The position numbers were made by a program, and so were the translations under genes. A DNA stretch of 43,012 bases from an uncultured Alphaproteobacteria bacterium (GTDB taxonomy: Bacteria; Electryoneota; RPQS01), in contig CAZVXJ010000002.1 in NCBI GenBank assembly GCA_964631675.1, forward strand, positions 1 to 43,012. The letters run 5' to 3'. This document shows positions 38,401 to 43,012 of this stretch, piece by piece. A model generated the notes under the pieces. It ran no database searches. It saw nothing but the letters and a program-made list of their open reading frames with translations, and was not told the origin of the DNA. Each line of letters begins with the position of its first letter. Position 1 is the first letter of the stretch.

Positions 38401-41400
38401 GCAATGGTCGGTTCACAACAACAGTATCGTACCTGCAGCCCCGCAGACATGGGCCGATGGAATCTACCTCTCCGCTAACCCGGAGTTGGATGGCGGTGAT
38501 ATTCTGCTCGGAACTCAAATGCACACCGGAGGTCTTCAGGGCGGCGCAAACTATGCTGCCCAAAAGAGTGTAACGGTACCGGGTCTTGAAGATGGTACCT
38601 ATTACATTATTGTGAAGACAGACAAAGAAAATGCCGTTTATGAATCGGCATTCGAGTCCAATAACTCAGATCAACATGAGTCCGTGAACGTCCTGTTTAC
38701 CCCGACACCGGACTTGGTTGTTGACTCTGTCAGTGCGCCGCTTGCTGCAAGCATCAACGAGCTTATTACGGTGAATTGGCGCACCAACAATGCTGGGGCC
38801 GGTGCAACAGTGCAGTCGAATTGGAATGACCGCGTCTATTTTTCGCTGGACACTATCCTGGACCATGGCTCTGATTTCACATTCGGTCCGTTTGCACACT
38901 CAGGGGTATTGGAGCCGGGACTTGGCTATATGGGCACGGGTAATGTGCAAATTCCTGCTGCAGCAGTCGAGACATTGTATTGCATGGTTGAGACTGATTT
39001 TAGCCATCTGGTCTTTGAGGGCGAAAATGATGGCAACAATTATGCACGGCGTTCACTTCCTATCCTGATACAATTCGCTGACCTGTCAGCCGTGGAGATT
39101 GCACTACCCGAGACGCTGACTGCGCAGCAGACCGTCTCCATTCAGTGGACGGTGCAGAATTGGGGGTCCGGTGCGGTTCTATCGAGTTCATGGACTGATA
39201 ACATCTATTTGTCCACGGACACAATTCTCAACCGTTCGAACGACTACCGAGCGTGCACTGTCAATTACACCGGTGATTTCCCGGCACAGACTGAGTATTT
39301 TGGCACGGGGAACATCACTGTCCCCGGTGGTGCGGCCTCTCAGATGTACTCGTTTGTTGTCACAGACGACAACAACCAGATTCTGGAGAACGGACACGAA
39401 GCCAATAACCTGCTTCTGGATCCTGTTCCGATTACAATTCTGTTTCCCGATCTCAATCCGTATTCGCTCTCTGTGCCGGAATCAGCTTCAGTCAGACAGG
39501 CAGTTTCAATAAACTGGAATGCCCAGAATTCGGGAAGCGGTGATGTGCTGATCAATTCGTGGAGTGACCGTATCTACCTGTCCGCGGACACGGTTCTGAC
39601 GGCAGGCACGGATTTGGTATTGGGTACATTCGTGCACAACGGCAATCTGCCTCGAGCAAGCAGCTATCAGGGGATTGGAAGCGTTGTGTTACCTGATGCG
39701 GTGGTCGGCGAGCACTACGTGTTTGTATGGGTGAATTGGAATAGCCAAGTTGCCGAGTCGCCCTCAGGTGTGAGTAACGTCTATCGAAGCAGCGTACCCA
39801 TAAGAATCGGCTCTCCGGACTTGGAGGTGACTGATGTGACGATTCCATCGGATGCCTACTCGGGCGAATCCGTAGCAGTACAATGGCGAGTCACCAATGC
39901 GGGAACAGGATCGCTGGTCACGACGACATTCACGGATCGTGTCTATCTGTCCCTCGAACCTGAATTTGATGTGCAGACTGCGACCGTTCTTGCAAGTGTC
40001 GCCCGTAATCTTGCCTTGGACCGTGATTCCGGCTATGTTCATCAGGCGGATGTCACACTCCCGAATGGTGTTGAAGGAGCGCGGTATGTGTTTGTCAAGA
40101 CGGATGCCATGAACCAGTTGTTTGAAAATCAATCTGAATCGAACAACGTTGGCCGCTCGGCGGACTCACTTCAGGTAATTCTCAGCCCGTGGCCGGACCT
40201 TGTAGTTTCGGATCTGGTGACGCCGCCGGAGGTTAATGCGGGTAGTTTGCTTTCAGTTTCCTATCAAGTTTCCAATGCAGGTTCATCCGCGGCGATAGCG
40301 TCTCTTTGGACCGACAGAGTGTTTCTTTCATCCAGTCCAACTTGGATTCCGCAGGCAGCCACGGAACTGGCATCGATTCCACACACGGACTCGCTGCAAC
40401 CAGGGAATACCTACTTGGTTCCACGCAATTTCCTTTTGTCCAACTCGATTTCTCCCGGTTTGCGTTACGTCTACGTCCATACTGACGTGAACAACAGTGT
40501 CTTTGAGCACATCGATGAATCCAACAATCTCACGAGAAGTTCACCGATTACTGTCAACGCCTATCCAGCGGTAAACCTCGAGCTGACGACAGTTACCGCT
40601 CCGGACTCAGCTTGGTCAGGCGGTCAAATCACGGTTGGGTGGACGGTACGGAACTCCGGACTTGCGCGAACGCTGGTCTCATCCTGGACCGATGCTGTTT
40701 ACCTGTCCACTGACACGTCCGTCTCCTATGACTCAGATTTCCTCCTGGTCAGTACCAGCCACTTCGGAGCTCTCGATCCTGGGTTTGAATATACTGAATC
40801 GAGGACTGTGACGATACCCAATGGAATCACAGACGAGTACTATCTCATCGTGCGCACTGACATTGGGAACGCTGTCGTTGATTCAAATCGTGCGGATAAT
40901 ACGCGACGGGCTGATGCGCGCATAACTGTCGAATTGTCTCCCTGGCCGGATCTTCAGATTTCATCTTTTGTCTCCGACTCAATAGGGAATGCCGGCCAGC
41001 CATTCAGTGCCGAGTGGATTGTCGAAAACGCCGGTGCGAGTGACGCCTCGGCGACGCCGTGGTACGACGCCGTCTATCTATCAATCAATTCAACACATGA
41101 TGCGGGCGACCTCCTTCTCGCTTCCCGATCGCATACATCGCACCTTTCGGTGGATTCGAGTTATACCGTCTCTTTGGTGGTCGACCTGCCGTCATTCCTT
41201 TCGGGCAACTACTACCTACTGCTGAAAACGGATAACACCAATCATGTATACGAGTATGACTCTGAGTCAAACAACTCACAGACTCGCCAAGTCCTGATTT
41301 TGCTGCCTGCTCCCGCCGATCTCATTGTAACCGACATTCAGGTTCCTGATTCTGCCAGGCCCGGTGATAGTGTCACCGTTACTTGGTCGCTGGTTAACAT

Positions 41401-43012
41401 TGGCACAAACCCCGCAGCAGGATTGATGCGCGACGGTGTGTACCTGTCGACTGACACTCAATGGGACCTTGATGATCCATTGCTCGCGGTCAGCAATCGT
41501 CAAGTGAATATTGGCCCGGGAGGCGCCCTTTCCTTCAGCATGGCTGTGCGCCTGGGCGAATCAATCAGTACGGATTCCACACGCACGCTGGACGAGGAAA
41601 GATCGGGTGAAACGGGCGATTTACGCAACCGCGTTCCCGGACTCAGTCCCGGTGCATACCATGCGGTGGTGCGCACCGATCTCCGAGACAACATCCGCGA
41701 AAGCGACGACGATAACAATATCTCAGCCTCATCGTCCATTCTGAATGTCACTGTACCATCCTTGTCTTTCGACTCTCCTGTTGTGATGGAAATGTCGGCG
41801 GGCGAGATGCGGTTTTATCAGGTCGAGTCAGAGGCAGCCATGGACTTGCATTTCACTCTGCTTGGCGATCAAAACGGCGCGATGAACGAACTTTATGTTT
41901 CGTTCAACCAGATTCCGACACTACTCAATGCTGAGTATGTTGCCAATGAACCTTTTGCGATCAATCAACAGCTGCTCTTACCGGCGGTACAGTCGGGAAC
42001 ATGGTATGTCATGGTATTTGTCCGGTCTCTGCCACCCGGAGGCACAAGCGAACAGCTGTCCCTCAGTGTCGCGACCTTGCCATTCTCGGCGCTTTCCATT
42101 TACCCAAATCAGGGGGGCGCCGGAGGATCTGTTACCTGTGAGCTGCGAGGCGCCGGTTTCGATAGTACGTTGCAGGTGACTCTCATTCTGCCAGACACGG
42201 TGGTATCCGGAACCCTCTTGCAGCTGGTTGATCGAACAAAGGCGTTGGTCCATTGGAATCTCGAGCACGTTCCGCAGGGCATGGCGAGCCTCCTGATTTC
42301 CCGGCTCGATGGATCCACTGATACTCTTGAGTCCCAGTTCGATATTGCGACCGCGGCTCCTACGGCAACCGTGTCCCTCCAAGGCCCGGGAGTCATGCGC
42401 ACGGATCGGGATTACCGTTACGAGATACTGGCTTCGAACACAGGCAACGTGGATTTAACAAACGTCCGGCTCGTGGCCGGGATTCCGCCGCATGTGGGAT
42501 ATCGCTGGGATGATACTTCGTCCTATGTTCGCGCGGATACAGAGTCGGTCGTCGAAACCTTGATGCTGCATTTGCCGGCTGGAACAACTCAAGGTGTCTT
42601 TCTAACGGTTAATCCACTTCAGGCACTCGGATCATCGGGTATCACGGTTTCCCTGCTTGACCCGGGCGCAAGGCTAGGATTTGAGACCTCGTATCTCGGA
42701 CACTTGCCCAGTCAGGGTAACGATACTTCAGTAGTCACTCCGCCTGAACTGGACTCCTGTACAGTCTACGACGCAGCACTGATCTGGAGTTCGTCTGATG
42801 CCTGTCCGGGATACGTGGACTACTTTCGCACTTCGACTGCTTCCGGAGTGCCGCTTGGCGACGCGTGGGGAATCAGGCTTGAAGGTAACGAAGTTGCTCT
42901 CTTCTGGGGACAAATGCAGCCGGATAACGAGGGCCGTCCATTGCCCGGCGTAGGAAGAATTCAAGAACTGCCATTGTCGTCGTTGGACGCCGGACCGGTA
43001 ACTCTCTGGAAC
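26498..43012 (+). CDS. giant modular secreted/surface protein, more than 5,505 aa (3' end outside the window)
   Basis: An in-frame TAG lies at 26462-26464. The ATG at 26498 is preceded by GGGAG (26487-26491). I read no stop codon in this frame through nt 43012 (16,515 nt, exactly 5,505 codons). Conserved motifs at 29042, 31610, 33353, 34637, 36008, 37910 and 40187 all sit in the same phase. The ORF track lists no plus-strand ORF in this phase after 26498. The signal peptide is MKLMVKVFGFSLVLFFTAARA. Confidence 0.9.
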   Translation, partial: MKLMVKVFGFSLVLFFTAARATNVAVSVTNFAYTPSTVVVATGDTITWTRVSGTHNVHHNVAIPKFHNSVGGAWTTYVWPCTVGVDVLPYLCELHTISTGQVSVADISITLPSGSSYWATELPHTIAWNSANLPGSANVSIELNRAYPGPGWETIVSSTLNDGTHAFNLTGPASNHARVRIRALATATISGSISDTNDSDFIITTQSGFSNELIGYWPLSANAEDSSGRGNTLANNQVVFVSDRYGFPDAAGYFNGASAFLSTEQPSFAFHPDSAFTFSLWARIDSFSSDLNSPCTMAFNGILPGGNLVWMMGTQHSQLRFSGAQQQHQNGWHSADWSVSNLTLGNWYHVVGVYENRIFREYVDGVQRAVSSALTENPQAAVMPFAIGATHVAPGNTWGFFKGAMDEVRLYSRALSEGEILSLYQPLPTLSGSLSGTITSGEYLVVDSVFVDSGAVLTIEPGTRVIFDACVPLLVRGTLLAMGSETDSITFLADTTGDPNWWQGVYLVDTASTRSQLQYCNFRFGQPPASLYSYSRTAGGITCHNTSPEISDCTVELCQTAGMATAYFASPQISRCVIRNNSGHGIQMGDYGYGTIQYCVITENSGSGVLTDGNFASILFTDCDVTLNGADGVRLISQFQPFILDRCRVSQNYGAGIRMSGAELEARNCRIEQNMGDGVLVNTFNGTIENCILGENQGNGITFLYGGGSVNHCTFHSNQGIAVLCNHAEPVSIENSILNGSEIAELQIDPDEFWPQPVVVHNCVIWGAAQLCSGTCPEGLLELNSVNANGDLCDIYQNLAMDPEFADPPNSDYLLLDTSPCIGAGDLATAINFDMDGNPRPDPPGSLPDIGAFESPEGSVQTECTLSGPLPAQVGPGVCHVVGDISVAAGTTTTIVQGTTLIFDGAFQFMVHGALLALGTVSDSIIFTSSNVEPNRWRGLRIESTNDTSRLAYCKIENAHATGAEPQDHGGGIFAYNASPVIEHSLIQNCIAKHGGGIYLSHSSNGRVADCVISNNHSEPYSGGGLFIQQNSNPLIARCDISQNSAQNLGGGIYVFLASPRIEQCTLENNSAASEGGGLYLEQCDSSLIRDCSVISNYAIGNGGGAAFSGGSSPHLVNVLMQGNSSVQGGGFYSLNSAVTLDSCSLDSNWCTGGLDLAGGGYWILGGAATFRDCRITRNYLPADGASGKGAGGYVQSNSAVEMSRCTVRGNYIDLTRSTQQGMGAGLYFTDENPVPFNLTDCIIDSNYATGEIGSNWQDGGGLHVYLSQGDIRRCTIAANSTSPDGSTGNGGGVYLEMSPVSFDSCTLTGNTANTGGGIYANGAAGFTIMHSSVSGNTALDSGGGMALQPGAGVSAISNSFDWNLAGGNGGGIYIDGDSHYFEDCEWQGNTANAGGGTFLLGSNAEYRSCRFTENVALADYGGAVACVASGMLVYGCLVNGNLAPVGAGFYFQNAGESELLDCTVDSNVASDKGGGGFCVNSDPQISQCSFSNNSAAIQGGGGLEIDASNPYIHGCRFESNSTTGGGAGLHIRQGSLPIIENCLFLDNSATVAAGGIGCWESRPTINFCSFVDNTAAEGAGLTAYNSSRVSLTNSAIVNSNGQGIYSHAGNCSLLVNNCFSDNSGGNSGGTPPTGFGTLSTTNANGTPCDQYNNIFVDPQFDDTGANDFTLLPSSPCIGAGNMDAVPDVDMDGNPRPDPLGSLPDIGAFESPEGSPTGEPAALVGHWPLDGNVSDMSGNGHAGTFSGGTPVYVPDRFGTTNGALSFDGINDCVDTGWPGILGGSARSVSLWIKTESPTGGPALAWGAHPDTNITGMVFYCGVDSRGSSPGVYTDIYGAAVQHNGTVLDNQWHHCVWVVPDSATPMLGDVQVYLDGQLLPVIDWVWPGGAPPNSAEIYTRTGIPFSIGTWRHVTWLNGAIDEVRVYNYALSGAEVLSLYQPPLTLSGALSDTLGQGVWHVIADIFVGSGDTTVIQPGAILWFDGNYSLTVSGFLMAIGTQTDSIYFTGRSLVEGTRGAGLRFVSADSSVLSYCVIENMHKFGGFYTGAGGGVHMVQSSPQFSRCTIRNNRADYDGGGVGCYDASNPIFENCLIEGNYTQYDAGGLLFHTDCVSTLMNCIVRGNSTDGSSGGGGVFNYASTLSVTNCLIHDNQASGKGGGLIDYNGNLYLTHCTITGNIASDLGGGLSEYESGDVVVQNCILWNNSGQSGENEAHNNSGSILVTHSDVQGGFSGEGNIDFDPLFVNPANADYRLLPTSPCIGAGNMDAVPDVDMDGNPRPDPSGSMPDIGAYENSLGIPQATCTLTGPLPAIVGPGVCHVAGNITIPAGDTTTILNGTTLFFDGPYRLTVNGVVRSLGLLGDSVRFTCDTSVTHWRGINLDFTARDNRFEYTVIEFAERQNENGGGMACVNSTVTLSHSTIRKNRIYHYTGYPHLRGGGLYGTGSTATITDCVIEDNAVDANYDQAGGGLYFDFNSSLTMARSTIRRNWTNIAVGWSGGNGLGLARSTYSISSCRFSGNYAAGSSAQYFTRGSGFYTYQSSGPITNCVFERNSVGNGASDAGGSAVCTEHSSVPVFVNCTFEGNRCPTGGTVFFWDNSSMTLRNSIIANSDGAGVIWGGNAGSVEISHSLIFGNSGGSFIGNPLPQLGVISTMNSNGTPCDQYFNLYLEPQFSDTAARDFSLGQSSPGIGAGDMTSAPATDIEGHPRPNPPGSLPDMGAFESNRGTPFGSDQDLIAFYPLNGNGGDSSGSGNHLVQTDVSFVPNRLGLTNSAARFNGTTAYAADMSPSFVSHEDSAFTIAAWVNLASLSQNGVIAAHHSTNANVFLWSFGPWDQNFRLYAAKQNSGQGGEVNFSLSTMQPGVWYHVAAVYDNSAIRIYRDGVLAGSASHPIDGAVHPQMPFSLGAAYVDGSGFQAHFSGDLDDVLLYNRALSDAEILELATTDCPATPIPFADEFGGSIDTCWNWVPQPPAQWSMSAQPGWLQASTESDLHYLLRTRPGGDFSIQTRVQIAPTQNHHSAGLAYWNNANELVVLRRHFSSDHGGQTITVQTGTACGTDAYIPCTTTDLYLRMEAIGTSLVSSWSADGSTWTAIHTNTCAWIQNPAAKIGICLSHGAYAPPSVQARFDYFHVNEYIAPAITLNSPNGGETLVLGDTVSITWSAPLLNENVAIELNRSFPSLSWETIAATTENDGQFSWPVSGATTSTARIRIRGVATPSIADTSSNNFSIAARTLTLTSPVGGENWYVGQPRSITWLSQSFNESVRIEIDRSFPSELWELLAPGAPNTNQFVWTVAGPATSEARLRISGVNHPSVADTSPGAFTISIPTLAVLSHASGQSLWITNPDTIRWLAPNLTGNVNIELDRSYPSGIWITIASNIANDGIEIWSVSGPVTNSARIRISSASMPVVADTCSLDFAIQLPDLSLINPDGGDSLFITNIDTIQWTSQHLFGNIRIDLNRSYPSVNWEPLFLNTANDGSEVWTVNAPATGNARFRIRSAVDLAIGDTSESDLVIASPVLEIQVPNGGEQWYATKPDTIRWSSYQLSGNVSVQFNRSFPGADWQTIAANTLNDGHEVWIPNLPTSSATRIRVLSMMAAGVGDTSDNNFEIALPSLTLVSPNGGEIFSMGQQALIQWASQDGAGSVRIELNRSYPGPTWEMVEDSTDNDGSYAWLVNYPETEFARIRLTLRSLPQISDTSLNDFVIPPPSPSQLPGLVGSPFPTNSDIISNPLPRISWSPANQSEIYDFYFWPDSTPKPVSPTAGNLTDTYFQTTIPLQSGRFYRWSVTSKNLYGETQSPEWTFRLRGLPDLRVDTVMVNQAWSGQPLQVTWRVTNYGQGPTVTPVWNDRIWLSGDLVVDIDEPEDRMYGPFENEMALAPGESYLNTRTIQIPIDYNGIYFVWVITDNLDAFIVNLGTWCAETHAAGPVVEENECNNFDYAEINITESPTADLEVTTLQATPNNVFSGDTMNVQWSVHNNSIVPAAPQTWADGIYLSANPELDGGDILLGTQMHTGGLQGGANYAAQKSVTVPGLEDGTYYIIVKTDKENAVYESAFESNNSDQHESVNVLFTPTPDLVVDSVSAPLAASINELITVNWRTNNAGAGATVQSNWNDRVYFSLDTILDHGSDFTFGPFAHSGVLEPGLGYMGTGNVQIPAAAVETLYCMVETDFSHLVFEGENDGNNYARRSLPILIQFADLSAVEIALPETLTAQQTVSIQWTVQNWGSGAVLSSSWTDNIYLSTDTILNRSNDYRACTVNYTGDFPAQTEYFGTGNITVPGGAASQMYSFVVTDDNNQILENGHEANNLLLDPVPITILFPDLNPYSLSVPESASVRQAVSINWNAQNSGSGDVLINSWSDRIYLSADTVLTAGTDLVLGTFVHNGNLPRASSYQGIGSVVLPDAVVGEHYVFVWVNWNSQVAESPSGVSNVYRSSVPIRIGSPDLEVTDVTIPSDAYSGESVAVQWRVTNAGTGSLVTTTFTDRVYLSLEPEFDVQTATVLASVARNLALDRDSGYVHQADVTLPNGVEGARYVFVKTDAMNQLFENQSESNNVGRSADSLQVILSPWPDLVVSDLVTPPEVNAGSLLSVSYQVSNAGSSAAIASLWTDRVFLSSSPTWIPQAATELASIPHTDSLQPGNTYLVPRNFLLSNSISPGLRYVYVHTDVNNSVFEHIDESNNLTRSSPITVNAYPAVNLELTTVTAPDSAWSGGQITVGWTVRNSGLARTLVSSWTDAVYLSTDTSVSYDSDFLLVSTSHFGALDPGFEYTESRTVTIPNGITDEYYLIVRTDIGNAVVDSNRADNTRRADARITVELSPWPDLQISSFVSDSIGNAGQPFSAEWIVENAGASDASATPWYDAVYLSINSTHDAGDLLLASRSHTSHLSVDSSYTVSLVVDLPSFLSGNYYLLLKTDNTNHVYEYDSESNNSQTRQVLILLPAPADLIVTDIQVPDSARPGDSVTVTWSLVNIGTNPAAGLMRDGVYLSTDTQWDLDDPLLAVSNRQVNIGPGGALSFSMAVRLGESISTDSTRTLDEERSGETGDLRNRVPGLSPGAYHAVVRTDLRDNIRESDDDNNISASSSILNVTVPSLSFDSPVVMEMSAGEMRFYQVESEAAMDLHFTLLGDQNGAMNELYVSFNQIPTLLNAEYVANEPFAINQQLLLPAVQSGTWYVMVFVRSLPPGGTSEQLSLSVATLPFSALSIYPNQGGAGGSVTCELRGAGFDSTLQVTLILPDTVVSGTLLQLVDRTKALVHWNLEHVPQGMASLLISRLDGSTDTLESQFDIATAAPTATVSLQGPGVMRTDRDYRYEILASNTGNVDLTNVRLVAGIPPHVGYRWDDTSSYVRADTESVVETLMLHLPAGTTQGVFLTVNPLQALGSSGITVSLLDPGARLGFETSYLGHLPSQGNDTSVVTPPELDSCTVYDAALIWSSSDACPGYVDYFRTSTASGVPLGDAWGIRLEGNEVALFWGQMQPDNEGRPLPGVGRIQELPLSSLDAGPVTLWN
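26564..26810 (+). other. cupredoxin (plastocyanin/azurin-like) domain at the N-terminus of the giant protein
   Basis: VTNFAYTPSTVVVATGDTITWTRVSGTHNVHH ... PYLCELHTISTGQVSV follows the F.F.P..V.V..GD.V.W...G.HNV ... Y.C..H....G pattern. Candidate ligands are His/Cys/His plus Gln in place of Met. Confidence 0.5.
26815..27109 (+). repeat. isolated diverged copy of the 95-aa 'NR[SA][YF]P..W' Ig-like repeat
   Basis: ITLPSGSSYW..IAWNSANLPGSANVSIELNRAYPGPGWETIV..NDGTHAF..ARVRIRA..SDTNDSDFII has the same layout as the six repeats at 35900-37609. Confidence 0.6.
27131..27775 (+). other. LamG / concanavalin-A-like domain 1
   Basis: LIGYWPLSANAEDSSGRGN..FNGASAF..WYHVVGVY..GAMDEVRLYSRALSEGEILSLY is the classic Laminin_G_3 layout. 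Confidence 0.7.
27790..29062 (+). other. right-handed beta-helix module 1
   Basis: PbH1-like turns are present (CVIRNNSGHGI, CVITENSGSGV, CRIEQNMGDGV, CILGENQGNGI). The module ends with DPEFAD..DYLLLDTSPCIGAGD..FDMDGNPRPDPPGSLPDIGAFES. Confidence 0.7.
29084..31630 (+). other. right-handed beta-helix module 2 (long, Pmp-like GGG[IL]Y repeats)
   Basis: It starts CTLSGPLPAQVGPGVCHVVGDI. It contains about 20 turns of the type N.A...GGGIY/GGGLY. It ends SPCIGAGNMDAVPDVDMDGNPRPDPLGSLPDIGAFES. Confidence 0.7.
31520..31594 (+). repeat. 75-bp perfect direct repeat, copy 1 (end of beta-helix module 2)
   Basis: The sequence agcccctgcatcggcgcgggtaatatggacgcggttcccgatgttgacatggacggcaacccgcgtcccgatccg is identical to 33263-33337. 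The identical out-of-frame peptide PASARVIWTRFPMLTWTATRVPIR in track ORFs 31287-31697 and 33117-33407 also reveals it. Confidence 0.9.
31664..32320 (+). other. LamG / concanavalin-A-like domain 2
   Basis: The sequence is LVGHWPLDGNVSDMSGNGH..FDGINDCV..WHHCVWV..GAIDEVRVYNYALSGAEVLSLY. Confidence 0.7.
32330..33373 (+). other. right-handed beta-helix module 3
   Basis: Turns include CTIRNNRADYDGGGV, CIVRGNSTDGSSGGGGV and CLIHDNQASGKGGGL. It ends SPCIGAGNMDAVPDVDMDGNPRPDPSGSMPDIGAYEN. Confidence 0.7.
33263..33337 (+). repeat. 75-bp perfect direct repeat, copy 2 (end of beta-helix module 3)
   Basis: See copy 1. The copies are 1,743 bp apart, which is divisible by 3, so both are in the same reading phase. 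Confidence 0.9.
33394..34657 (+). other. right-handed beta-helix module 4
   Basis: It starts CTLTGPLPAIVGPGVCHVAGNI, parallel to the start of module 2. It ends SSPGIGAGDMTSAPATDIEGHPRPNPPGSLPDMGAFES. Confidence 0.7.
34691..35310 (+). other. LamG / concanavalin-A-like domain 3
   Basis: The sequence is LIAFYPLNGNGGDSSGSGN..FNGTTAY..WYHVAAVYD..GDLDDVLLYNRALSDAEILEL. Confidence 0.7.
35335..35890 (+). other. second type of ConA-like jelly-roll domain (DUF1349 / beta-xylosidase-C-terminal-like)
   Basis: The sequence is FADEFGG..WNWV..P..WS....GWL......DL......GDF...T.V......HSAGL..WNN.NELV.L. It continues to ..LYLRMEAIG....SWS.DG..W and ..ARFDYFHV. Confidence 0.5.
35900..37609 (+). repeat. six in-frame tandem repeats of exactly 285 bp (95 aa), Ig-like 'NRS[YF]P..W' domains
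   Basis: The N/D-R-S-[FY]-P codons begin at 36008, 36293, 36578, 36863, 37148 and 37433. That is a constant 285-bp spacing. Each unit has the form ..SP.GGE.....I.W......V.IELNRS[YF]P...W..I...T.NDG...W.V.....ARIRI......D.S...F.I. Confidence 0.85.
37610..37900 (+). other. FN3-like domain
   Basis: The sequence is PSPSQLPGLVGSPFP..ISWSPANQSEIYDFYFWPD..YRWSVTSKNLYGETQSPEWTFRL. Confidence 0.45.
37907..41750 (+). repeat. array of about ten CARDB-like domains (period ~370-415 bp)
   Basis: Unit starts of the PDL.V type lie near 37910, 38323, 38701, 39072, 39441, 39810, 40188, 40560, 40940 and 41310. Each continues with G......V.W.V.N.G.G........D.[IV][YW]LS.D and ends in an E.NE.NN / ESNN-type motif. 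Confidence 0.7.
41755..42360 (+). other. pre-peptidase-C-terminal (PPC)-like domain followed by an IPT/TIG-like domain
   Basis: The PPC-like part reads MEMSAGEMRFYQVESEAAMDLHFTLLGDQNGAMNELYVSFNQIP...GTWYVMVFV. The IPT-like part reads LSIYPNQGGAGGSVTCELRGAGFDSTLQVTL. Confidence 0.45.

Noticed and set aside
35900-41750. Regularly spaced repeats that could suggest a CRISPR array or satellite DNA.
   Set aside because: The periods are 285 bp and ~370-415 bp, and the units are diverged. All are in frame within one ORF and translate to Ig-like/CARDB domains. There is no short-repeat / unique-spacer structure.
1-43012. Mobile elements, tRNA/rRNA genes, toxin-antitoxin or defence-system genes.
   Set aside because: No ORF translation shows transposase, integrase, recombinase, nuclease or helicase motifs. 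I recognised no tRNA-like cloverleaf or rRNA segment.

Overview
All calls are made by eye from the sequence and the ORF translations; no searches were run. The window looks like an uncultivated bacterium of the FCB-superphylum type, judged from a T9SS-style C-terminal sorting domain and beta-helix/CARDB surface proteins. That placement is low confidence. There are three blocks.

(1) 1-3916 holds the 3' end of a secreted beta-helix/FN3 protein and a 982-aa propeller protein with a T9SS-type tail.

(2) 4073-25855 is a redox / nitrogen-oxide block. On the minus strand lie a DUF2892 gene, an SQR-like flavoprotein gene and an Rrf2(NsrR-like)-ric operon. Diverging from that operon is an ~18.1-kb, 16-gene plus-strand unit with no internal gap over 21 nt. 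Its order is Rrf2 regulator, mobA, moaA, moaC-moaB fusion, moeA, MOSC, TauE/SafE, NarC-like dihaem cytochrome c, narG, narH, narJ, narI fused in frame to a Rieske domain, cytochrome b, a monohaem cytochrome c, and two NarK-family transporters. The most unusual content of the window is this Rieske/cytochrome b/cytochrome c module nested inside a nar operon and tethered to NarI.

(3) 26498 to 43012 and beyond is one uninterrupted reading frame of 5,505 codons that runs off the window. It is absent from the supplied ORF track, which only lists ORFs closed by an in-window stop. It encodes a giant modular surface protein: signal peptide, cupredoxin-like domain, LamG and beta-helix supermodules, six 95-aa tandem repeats, about ten CARDB repeats, and PPC/IPT-like domains.

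I found no rRNA, tRNA, CRISPR array, transposase or integrase.
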